The notes under the pieces: generated by a model
Told to the model about the DNA's origin: nothing
Database searches by the model: none
What the model saw: the letters and a program-made list of their open reading frames with translations, nothing else
Part shown: positions 42,287 through 51,826 of the stretch, piece after piece
Layout of the letters: the number at the start of each line of letters is the position of its first letter
Numbering within the stretch: the stretch's first letter is position 1
Assembly (NCBI GenBank): GCA_004764695.1
Contig: SMSO01000034.1
Location: forward strand, 1,488,001 to 1,552,000
DNA: 64,000 bases
Reading direction: 5' to 3'
From: Schizochytrium sp. TIO01
Lineage: Eukaryota; Protista; Bigyra: Labyrinthulomycetes
Position numbers and translations under genes: made by a program

Positions 42287-43152
42287 ACGAGCTACATCTG
42301 AGAACGCCAGACCAACAGACAAACACCTAGACTGTCCTTTAGTCCTAGACGCGCAACACAGACTGCACAACCATCCAGAGCACAAATATGGGATGTCGGA
42401 TTGTTTTAAACGCAAATTAGCTCTAGGCATGGCAAACTCCTCTGAGTTGCATCAAACAAGTTCACACCATGCAAGCTAGTACAAATTGACGCTTGAGCTT
42501 ACGTACTAGCGTAAATGCTTGGCCGAACTGACGCAACAGTCAGCCTTGTACCCTTTATATCTCCTCATCTGATCGCTCACAGGAAATCAAGCTTTATGCG
42601 CGAGAAGAGGGTATTTAGATCGTCTCCATAAATCCGGATATCTGGTTTCAAATCTAGCAGCCGCCTTATGCGGATACATCCAAGGTTAATATAGAATGCC
42701 AAATCTACCACATTTACTCCCTTTACTATTCTTAAATACTCCATCGGGCCAATTCTTCAACCTATGCTATACCTTCTTTAGATACTCCCATATAGAACCG
42801 AAACAATGCATACTAGCTTCTTGTTAGTCTAATCATAGCAGAATTGAACTTACATTATGTACCACTAGGACTGGCTATGCTCTGCATTGTCATTGATTGA
42901 CTCAAAGTATGTTCACTAACCAGAAATCTAGGCCTTCACTCTCTATACTAAATTGCTGCAATTCAACATCTTTTTACAATCATTAATAGAGTTGCCTCGG
43001 CCTTGTTCTCAGATCTGCGCCTAACTCCTGGCAGTTTCAAAATAACAAACAAGAAGAATCAGCAGTTTTAAAATAGCAAAGTAATTCAATAATTATCATA
43101 TCTATACACTTTTACAGGTCAAAATAGGACATCTCACCTCCCGGCCAAAATT

Positions 43153-46100
43153 CTAGACACCACCGAGAAAAAGCCTCTTCAAGTATGGGGGGCAATCCCA
43201 CGTTGCAATACCTGTGTCTAGACGGTAATAAAAGCAGGCACCTGTCACACTATCGTCGAATTGAGACCATCCGTCATGTTCATTAATGATTTTAGCACGC
43301 TTTCGGCGCTGAATCCACTCCAGTTCCCAATGCGGTTCTTTCCACTGGGTCTGCTGCGTGACCGAGTTGAACCAAAACTTAGAGAACTCGACCTGCGAAG
43401 CCTCAGGATCAAACATCTCCATCCATTCACCATCTTGTGAAACAACCCTGCTACGTTTACGGGCAATATCACCAGGGCCGCCGCCTTCAAAGCGACCACC
43501 TGGCAGACGATTGAGTAAAAAGTCCTTATAATTATCCATAGCACTCTGATGTGTAGGATCGAGATCTAAGGCCTTACGGAAAAACTTCTCCGCGCGCTCG
43601 TAGTCATGATCAATAGATTGCTTCACGATTGCCCAGTTCAACCATGCATCGGGATTCTGGGGCTGAGAAACCACCGACCAGAAAAAGAATGACTGCTTTG
43701 CTGTAACGAATTTGGCATTCTTTGGGTCAGTTCGTCGCGCTTCGTCGATTCGACGCATAGCCCGAGAAAATGTGTCGCGACGAGGGTACCCATTCATTGC
43801 AAGCTCGAGTATTGCAAATGCGTAAAGCAATAGAGGACTGTGCGGAGCCTTTTCCAAAGCTTCCTCGTAAAGCCTTTTTGCACGTACATAATCGTGCTCC
43901 CTGGTGTGCACAAGAAGTGCATAATTTGCAATGCTCGAGAGACGTCCAGGGTTTTGTTGATAATGTAACTCGGCTTGCCTCTGGAAACTGAGAGCTTGAA
44001 CAATTGTTGGGAAGTCCATACGAAACTCAACGCCCTGTTTTTTCCGAAACAGTCGCTGGACACGTGTAGCGGCTTCATCCTCTGATAACCACGCTGTACG
44101 ACCCGTCAAAGGGTGATAATAATAAACTGAACCATCAGCCCCCTGGCATGCCTCCCATTTGTCGGGAGGGTCAGGTAAATCTTTGGAACCTAGTAGACGC
44201 GGTTTTGTCCACGATACTTCACCTGTATCAAATCGAACATAATACCAACGATGCGACTCGGGATCCCACTGTTTGCGATACATACGATGAATCATCACAA
44301 CGATCAAGTTATACGCCTTGCGTTGACGGAAGAGGCCCTGAATGCGACAGGCCATTTGATACTCACGCTGCTCCTGTACGTCACATTCAAGCATAAGCAC
44401 ATCGTCACCCCGGCGATGCATTGCTAAATGAGTAGACAGCCCGCAGGCTTTACATAAAATGAGTCTCTTCACGAGATATTGCATCAAGTCGGCTACTCGA
44501 GCAGGGCGTAAGAGGGGCGGAATTACCGAATCTGCTTCTGGATCGTAGTGAAACCAAGCATGCAAATTCTTACGACTCAAGACAACAGACTTGATAACTC
44601 CATTGGTTGGGTTATACGCATGAAAAGAGTATTCGCCTCGCGCTTCTGTTACTGTCACAATGTGTAGCACCTTGGTATTGTCCGAGGCCATAACGTATAC
44701 ACCCTGGCGCAACAGCCTCGTGCCATTTTCCTTCACTGGCTTGCGACCAAGAACCATCATGGGTTCAGCTCCGCGCTTTCTATACTGTATTCGCTCCAAG
44801 ACAAACTCAAGACTCCGTGCTTGATAGAGCTCCTCATCTGTATAGTTACTGATATTTGTGGCTTCTTCTACGGTCAAGCGAATTTCGTCCAGAGTTAATG
44901 TGAACGTGTTCTTTTCACAATCAGTTGGGCGATAACACTGAATTAAAATTGAACCTTTCATATGCTTGAAGATTGTCACAATATTCAACACACCTGTAAT
45001 GAGTCGAGCATGCGCGTATATACGCGATTTTGATCTCGACTCCCGCAGGGAACGTGCTTCGTCTTGTTTGACCTGCCTTGTGCGCCTTACACGGGCAATT
45101 TTCTCCAAAAACTGATTTCGGTTATGGCATGACTTAAAATGAGCTTGCAAGCGAATTGTAGCCATACGTTGAATTTTGTAATTCTTTCGTGCAATGCTTC
45201 CTCGCACAAACTTTTGAATGAATTTAGCCGCGCACTGTCGTTTGGCTTCAACGACGACCGCAAGGCGTTTAGCTTCAGTCCATTTAATTCTTTTGCACTC
45301 TTTCCAGTTCTCGACAAAGGTCTCCAAGAATTTCTTCACTGCAGGACGATCATCAAGCCAGGGATAATGAGTCGTTGCTACCTCTGCTAATGCATTCTCA
45401 ATAAACTCGCGCATTGTCAATCTCCGCTCACCTGTTCCTTTCGAGCGAGCAAAAATCAGATCGATATCTGTGACAGTAAGGCGGTCATTAATAACGCCAG
45501 GTAGCTCTCGAAGAAATTTCATAAACTTAACGTTGTCCATACCTTCAGATGCTGGAAACCATTGTGCACAAATCATCTTATAAATTCCTCGAATCGCAAA
45601 CGGCATCGTGACTTGGTCCCAGAAATCCTGCTGACGAGGGTGAAGCGGTCCTGTGCCAAGCATTGGCACTAATTCTCGCCAGCTCATTGTAAACCCAAAG
45701 AAACTCTCAGTTTGGCGAAGCTCCTCTTCAAGACGGGCTTTACGCAACTTTTCTGCTTGCTCTTCTTTTTGCTTTTGAAGAATCGACTTTTCCTTCTCCT
45801 TTTCAGATAACTCTTTCACTACAACACGTTGCAAAAGTACGCGGAACAAAGATGTTCCAGGGAAAGGCTCTTTAAGGGTGAGGTGATCAGGCTCAAAAGG
45901 ATCTTCAGGATCTTCGGAAAGTTGCAAAAGAACAGTTTCATTCAGTCTCACGAAGTCTCCTACGCGAAGATCGTATCGCAAATCATTATGGGTTTCAAGA
46001 CGTCTAGAGCCAGTCTCAACACTCGCAAGTCCATGCTTAATATCGATTACTTTTCCTGGTGTTCGGATTACGCGGTAGGCCTCCACATCGACATACTCTT

Positions 46101-49100
46101 TGGCCTGATCGCCCATATCTAACGAGTCTTCAATGAGAGCTCCACCTTGTGAAGAAGCTTTGCTTGTTGCTGTTGCTACACGATCTCTTGCTGCTTCATC
46201 CTCCCCATTTATTTCTTGCCCATCTAGTTCGTGATTCTCTTCCCCCTTTGCTCTTTCTATTTCAGCATCCTCACCTACGTCACTCTCGGCTGCACTCGCA
46301 CTGTCAGATTCATCTATTGGACTATCAATGTCACCAAGAGCAGGCTCGTTTTCTGGCGTCACGGGTAGCTGCACATCAAATGGCTTTGCTAAAGGTACGG
46401 TACATGGGTCAAATTGGGTTCGTTTGTTTTTTGACACCATCGCACGGACCCCTTCGATTTCGATCAAGTCACCACGTTCTAAGAGATCACTGAGATCAAC
46501 ACTAGGTGTTAGATACGATGCACCTCGACGGACTGTAATGGACCCGGGAAGCTTTACAAGCTCCTCAAAGAATACGCGCCGTCTACGCCTCTCCTCTCGA
46601 GCTTTACGCTTTGCTTCACGCTTTGCCTCCTTGCGGGCTCTGCTCTCTGCTTTTCGACGTTCGGCTTCTTCTGCTTCAATCTCTGCAGGGGTTTTATGCA
46701 GCCCACGTCGCATAAGCAGAGTCAAAAAGTCCACTCGCGCACGCCGCTTTCTCCGACGCCGCTTTTTTCTTTTCTTCGATTTTCCTGCATCTTCTGGTTC
46801 TGGACTTGCCAAGTCGAAAAAGGAGTCCACATCCCCGTCACTGTATTCATCATCACTGTAGAAATCCACTGAGAAAATGTTCAAAGTCGGAAAAAATGCA
46901 AACGCAGCTGTAACAACTTCATCGTGTTTCTTAGGACATTGCTCAAATAGGAACTTTTGACTCTTTGTCACGTCTGCTCGCTCAATTTGCCTGCGAGCGT
47001 CGAACAGTGTACTTCGAGGACCCATCAGAACTTGACAAACCTGGTTGTGATTTAATCTTACTTGCATTCGTAAACCACACTCCTGCCAAGAAGCAAATTC
47101 CAAACGAAATCCTGTTGGGTGCTCTGGCCAAGGCAAAACGAGCAAGCGATCAACGATTGCACTTGCAGCTAATCTTGAAGGGTAGGAGTTCAACAATTGA
47201 AGAAAGTCGTCATCCGCATTTTCGTCACCAAGATGTCGCAGCTCGCTACGAAAGCTGTTGATAGTTGCTTCCTTCTCCAGGGTTCCCACGTGATGTAGCT
47301 TAACAGAAACGCGAAGCATCCTACCATTCTCAATCATGCGTACCTCAAAGTCTTCTATGTGGTATCCATCAATGAACAAGTCTTGATCATATGCAAGGCG
47401 TGGGTGCACACGGAGAGTTCGCTCGCTCTTGTCGTTCAGATGGATTTCTATTCGCTCAAGAAGTTCAGGTAAGCTTGGATACCCAAGAATTTCAAGCTCT
47501 GCAGATGGAACACATCCTGTGATGAGAGGTACACCTGGTCTCATCTCTCCAATAGGCTGCTCGTCACCACTCAACTCCTGAGCTTTGAGTAGAATATCTC
47601 CATTAGGTTTTACCTTTAGCTGCATGTGTAGACGAGCTCCGGAAATCTCCAATCCATACTCAGGGTGGAGAATTTCTATTCCATGATGCTTTCGCAGCTC
47701 TATCATCATTTTACACATATTAGACATGGCACGGCCATCAGTAAAGCCACGAAGGATATGTGCAGAGGAATTACCCGTTGACGAAGCATCTAGCGCAATT
47801 AAGGTCTTTGCAAATTTTTCAGACATCTCGACAGTTTCCTGAGCATTTGTAGCTATGTTGTATACACGAATTCGAAAATGAAGATCTGGCTCACGGACTC
47901 GGTACACTGTTCCAAGTACCGCTCCTTCAGAGGTGGACCAGAATGCTCCTTTCCACAATAATTCCTCATTCGTGTTTTCTTTCGCAAAAGCAAAATCAAC
48001 AATATCTTTTGCGGCAGTCTCCTTATCCGACTCGCTAGCCTTGTTTGATGCAAAGTCAATAATATTGATATCTGTAAGACGGTGAGCATACGCTGTGGAT
48101 ATCACTCGAGTATGTGCTTTTTTCTTTTTGGTTTTATGTGAGATGATAATATCCTCTGGAGAATCTAGCGAAACCTCGACTTGGTGTGAAGAGGTCTCAA
48201 GCCTGATTTGCGAAGGCACAACAACCTCTGTTTTGGCCAATGTTGTTTTTTCACCGAGGATGTGTTGTTTAAGATCTGTAATCTCTTGCTTAAGGGTTGA
48301 TATTATTGCATCATTGTGCTGCTCGGAGAGTCTGAGATGCGAGCTGTGATCAAAGCAAAGCTCCACTGAGAAAACATATTTGCTTGCATTAGCCAGACAC
48401 CAGACACACAATTGAGCTGCGATAGGGCTATGAGGTCTCAAACTGGCTGGGTCGAATCGTTCATCTTTGAAAATAGGCTGAAGAAATTTCGCGCGTGATA
48501 CTGGAATGTCTCTTGCCCCTTTAAATTGTGAGAGACGTCGAAGAAAGCGCGTTGGATTCTCAAGCAAGACAGTTACGAGGCGGTCCCACTTAAACTCTGC
48601 CCGAGGCGGCAAAGGCTCGCGAGGGTTTAATAATAGTACACGGACAGCACCTAGAACTCCCTGTGCAAGTTCTGAAGGCTGTCTAGCAAGTTCCCGTAGA
48701 TTCTGTGCAGTAAGGCCTTGCACTTGCAAAGGCGGATGGATTCCTGGGCGCGGTTTGTTTATTTTCGGCTTTGTCTGGTACCCACAGGCTTCCAAAGTCC
48801 AGGTTTCGATTGTTTTCTGAGGCACTGCAAGAATCCCAGCTTGTCGAGACTCTGGTACTAGCTCCACGCCGTGCTCAGAAACATGAGCATCCATTGAAAT
48901 ATCGTCCTGGGCTGATGCAGGTTCGCGAGACTTGAACTGAGGAATTAGCGTTTCTGCTGCACCAGGATTTCGAAAGCTAGACTCTGAGAAAAGACCAGAG
49001 AGACGCCCATGTTGTCTCTCTTCCTGAAGCAGGACAATAGCTGCTAGCTCTAATCGCCTGCGGGTAATGGGTTCGTCATCGGGGGGTATCACAGAGCGTG

Positions 49101-50118
49101 GTGAAGCATGGTTGGTAGAGTTTTGAGTTAGATTTTCATACCTCCGATTTAAATCGATCTCATCTTGAATGTACTCCGCATCTAAAGATGCAGGAAACTG
49201 TGCACATGCGGGAGACTGACAGGCATGCTGCTGGTCGGCTAGGGTATCTAAATCAACAGATGCAAGCAATGGATTTCTCTGTGTAGCCAATCCCAATGCA
49301 CTCAGAAAGCTAGCTCTACCACCTGGCATAATTTGACCCAAGAAATTAAGATCGATGGACATTTTCAATAAATAGTTGAAATCCCGCCACTGGAATTGAG
49401 TACGCCGATTTCCCAATTCAGATCGCCAAGCCTGTACTGCCTCGACTACCTGTACGCTACGTTTTCGTAGCAACTCAACCGTGGGTCGAGTGCTCAACGC
49501 AGCAGCATTTACGTGAGCATTAACTGCAGCTGGCGTCCAATACTCGAGAGCGACCCCACGCTCGCAAGTCTTTCTGACACGGTTGTACTTCCTCTCGAGC
49601 TCCTCCACAAGGCCTTCCCGTAGAAAGGCAAGTTTCATCAAATGCAACTCTCTCGAATTAGCTGCCGTACCTTTTAGACTATGCATTGAGGGCTGGGGAG
49701 AGAGAATGAAAGAACTTCCTTTCGTCGGGGACATATTTGTGCAGCCCTCCAGGGCGCTTGGTCGAGGTCTCTTGAGCGAATAAGTATCTCTTTTGCGCGC
49801 AATAAATTCATCCTCGGCTAGTATTGATTGCTGCGAGAGTCTAACTTCTCCAGCATGGCGCTCCTGCGTGGCAAGTTGCAGTTTATAGTATGGTGAATTA
49901 CGAAAGGACTTTGACTTTGTATAAGAGCAGTGCGTGTCTTGAATAGCATCGTATTCGGGAATGCCTTGTGAAAGAACACTTGCTGCTGTGGTAAACTCAT
50001 CTTCATGCTGCACCGGCGATTGCGGAGACGCCACTGGCTGTTTACGAAGCATTCTTTCCCAATCCTCTCCGTTTAGAGCGAGCACGCCAGCGTTTGGCTG
50101 CGTCCTCCACGGACGCAA
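43153..50118 (-). CDS. 2321-aa multidomain protein: dynein stalk MTBD-like + p25-alpha/TPPP + IQ x4 + WW x4 + TPR
   Basis: Single ORF. WW motifs (WDPESHRWYYVRFDTGEVSWTKP etc.), IQ motifs (IQKFVRG, IQGLFRQ, VQRLFRK), TPR (AEKFFRKALDLDP), p25-alpha (MDNVKFMKFLRE...LTVTDIDLIFAR) and MTBD-like (FDPASLRPHSPIAAQLCVWC). Confidence 0.85.
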   Translation of the reverse strand: MRPWRTQPNAGVLALNGEDWERMLRKQPVASPQSPVQHEDEFTTAASVLSQGIPEYDAIQDTHCSYTKSKSFRNSPYYKLQLATQERHAGEVRLSQQSILAEDEFIARKRDTYSLKRPRPSALEGCTNMSPTKGSSFILSPQPSMHSLKGTAANSRELHLMKLAFLREGLVEELERKYNRVRKTCERGVALEYWTPAAVNAHVNAAALSTRPTVELLRKRSVQVVEAVQAWRSELGNRRTQFQWRDFNYLLKMSIDLNFLGQIMPGGRASFLSALGLATQRNPLLASVDLDTLADQQHACQSPACAQFPASLDAEYIQDEIDLNRRYENLTQNSTNHASPRSVIPPDDEPITRRRLELAAIVLLQEERQHGRLSGLFSESSFRNPGAAETLIPQFKSREPASAQDDISMDAHVSEHGVELVPESRQAGILAVPQKTIETWTLEACGYQTKPKINKPRPGIHPPLQVQGLTAQNLRELARQPSELAQGVLGAVRVLLLNPREPLPPRAEFKWDRLVTVLLENPTRFLRRLSQFKGARDIPVSRAKFLQPIFKDERFDPASLRPHSPIAAQLCVWCLANASKYVFSVELCFDHSSHLRLSEQHNDAIISTLKQEITDLKQHILGEKTTLAKTEVVVPSQIRLETSSHQVEVSLDSPEDIIISHKTKKKKAHTRVISTAYAHRLTDINIIDFASNKASESDKETAAKDIVDFAFAKENTNEELLWKGAFWSTSEGAVLGTVYRVREPDLHFRIRVYNIATNAQETVEMSEKFAKTLIALDASSTGNSSAHILRGFTDGRAMSNMCKMMIELRKHHGIEILHPEYGLEISGARLHMQLKVKPNGDILLKAQELSGDEQPIGEMRPGVPLITGCVPSAELEILGYPSLPELLERIEIHLNDKSERTLRVHPRLAYDQDLFIDGYHIEDFEVRMIENGRMLRVSVKLHHVGTLEKEATINSFRSELRHLGDENADDDFLQLLNSYPSRLAASAIVDRLLVLPWPEHPTGFRLEFASWQECGLRMQVRLNHNQVCQVLMGPRSTLFDARRQIERADVTKSQKFLFEQCPKKHDEVVTAAFAFFPTLNIFSVDFYSDDEYSDGDVDSFFDLASPEPEDAGKSKKRKKRRRRKRRARVDFLTLLMRRGLHKTPAEIEAEEAERRKAESRARKEAKREAKRKAREERRRRRVFFEELVKLPGSITVRRGASYLTPSVDLSDLLERGDLIEIEGVRAMVSKNKRTQFDPCTVPLAKPFDVQLPVTPENEPALGDIDSPIDESDSASAAESDVGEDAEIERAKGEENHELDGQEINGEDEAARDRVATATSKASSQGGALIEDSLDMGDQAKEYVDVEAYRVIRTPGKVIDIKHGLASVETGSRRLETHNDLRYDLRVGDFVRLNETVLLQLSEDPEDPFEPDHLTLKEPFPGTSLFRVLLQRVVVKELSEKEKEKSILQKQKEEQAEKLRKARLEEELRQTESFFGFTMSWRELVPMLGTGPLHPRQQDFWDQVTMPFAIRGIYKMICAQWFPASEGMDNVKFMKFLRELPGVINDRLTVTDIDLIFARSKGTGERRLTMREFIENALAEVATTHYPWLDDRPAVKKFLETFVENWKECKRIKWTEAKRLAVVVEAKRQCAAKFIQKFVRGSIARKNYKIQRMATIRLQAHFKSCHNRNQFLEKIARVRRTRQVKQDEARSLRESRSKSRIYAHARLITGVLNIVTIFKHMKGSILIQCYRPTDCEKNTFTLTLDEIRLTVEEATNISNYTDEELYQARSLEFVLERIQYRKRGAEPMMVLGRKPVKENGTRLLRQGVYVMASDNTKVLHIVTVTEARGEYSFHAYNPTNGVIKSVVLSRKNLHAWFHYDPEADSVIPPLLRPARVADLMQYLVKRLILCKACGLSTHLAMHRRGDDVLMLECDVQEQREYQMACRIQGLFRQRKAYNLIVVMIHRMYRKQWDPESHRWYYVRFDTGEVSWTKPRLLGSKDLPDPPDKWEACQGADGSVYYYHPLTGRTAWLSEDEAATRVQRLFRKKQGVEFRMDFPTIVQALSFQRQAELHYQQNPGRLSSIANYALLVHTREHDYVRAKRLYEEALEKAPHSPLLLYAFAILELAMNGYPRRDTFSRAMRRIDEARRTDPKNAKFVTAKQSFFFWSVVSQPQNPDAWLNWAIVKQSIDHDYERAEKFFRKALDLDPTHQSAMDNYKDFLLNRLPGGRFEGGGPGDIARKRSRVVSQDGEWMEMFDPEASQVEFSKFWFNSVTQQTQWKEPHWELEWIQRRKRAKIINEHDGWSQFDDSVTGACFYYRLDTGIATWDCPPYLKRLFLGGV

Positions 50119-51826
50119 CTCCTGTAGGTTGCCACAGATGTATGTTGATTCCTTGCTCTTACGTGTCGCTACTGTTTCTCCCTGTTTATCGCAGTGACTC
50201 TTGCGTTTTTGTCGACCGGAGCAAATCGTTCACAAAGTTGAACAGTGTTATTGTTCTTCGCTGTGCTTGATCTTTCCCTTCCTTCCAATGTTCTTGCTGC
50301 TGCCAATGTATGCAAGTATCTACCAACCCCTGTGCGCTAGCAGCTTAACCGTGGCACTCACGGATTAACTTAACCTATGAGTTCTGCGCGCGGTAATATA
50401 GTTCTCGTTCGAGTACACACCCATTAAGGGGACATCTTCATCATGTTCTATGAGACGAGCACACGCTGGAGATCCTAGTATTAACTATATGTGACACTAA
50501 AACCTGCTAGGATCACATCACATCATGTTCATTTCTTTAATAAATCAGAAACTAATTAATTAAAAAAAAAAAGAAAAAAGTTGAAAGAACCATTACATTA
50601 TCCGTACTCTCCCTATTCAGAAGCTAGGCTAAGTACTCCGATCATTCAAACCTCGTACTAGGACAGGGACTCAAGATAAAACATACCGTTCGCATCCACG
50701 ATCGTTTATACGAGCGATGGATGCTTAGGTATCTGGAACTACTGTTGTTGATGCTCGGATGTATGGGCGTCAGTAGCTATACTATAATAAACGGGGGTGA
50801 ATTACATTGGTTTTGGTGCAATTGCAGAACTGAAAAGAGCGTGGACCTCCTTTAAGAATATATTGCGAAGAATGTAAAAAGCTAAATAAGAAATAACTTT
50901 ATAAAATGGCAATTTTTTTTTGGTGACCACTAAAACTCATATCCTTTCGGGTGATTTATTTTCCTTAATTAGCTTATTTTCCATGGTACCAAGGACAGCA
51001 TTTCAAAGGCTGTTGTATCGATAAATCAGGAACAGTTTTGTGTTAGTTCGATCGATCATGTCGGTGCTAGACGACCTAAATATGATCCAACATTTATTTC
51101 GCCCTGCCGTAAACATCCTACAAACTTAGTTTTGTGAGCTAATCAAAGAAATCCGCGCAAATGTGCATAACTATAAAACCTTAATTTGTCCCTTATTCAT
51201 GATGCAGAGTTTATCAGAAGAAAAGTATCTTGGAGCTCCTAGGCCGGTAAGGTAGCTAGGTACTACCGCCATGTAGAGGTTCTGAGCCTGGTTAGAAAGA
51301 CCATTTTTACAGTTAATTTTGTCAATATGACACTAACAGCCTCTTTCTACATCTTCGTTCCTTAAATGATTTCATCAATAATTCTCTCAAGGCATAAGAC
51401 GAACTCTGCCTCGACAACTGAGGTTCATTGTATCCAACGGCGTTTCCAAGGCTGCGGAGCGTCCTTAGCAGGCTCAGGCGGCGCTCGAGCCTCTGTATTC
51501 GAAGCGAGCTGTGCCAAAGAGACGCTGCAAAGGTCAAGATCGCGACGCACGCAACTAGTAGATCAAGAGAAACCTATAGATACAGAAACCACCAGGAAAG
51601 GAAAACTACCTCTGCTTGACCTACATTTTCTTGTAGCGGCATCGGTGCGTAGTAGTGTTTCGGCAGTTATTGCATAGATCTTCTAATTTGCTTGTTGGGA
51701 ATTCCTGTTGAGAAACATTGTCTTTAACTTGCGAGGATCCTGAACTTGAGGGGTTGACAAACCACTTTTCGCAATTTTGGGCTCCTGGTTAATCCGCGTA
51801 CCTGTAGCGTTGTTTGCGAAGTAAAC

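Noticed and set aside
1-50118. A dedicated ciliary gene cluster (BBS12, CFAP73, IQ kinase, MTBD protein)
   Set aside because: These genes are interspersed with unrelated housekeeping genes, and flagellar genes are numerous enough for this density to be chance.
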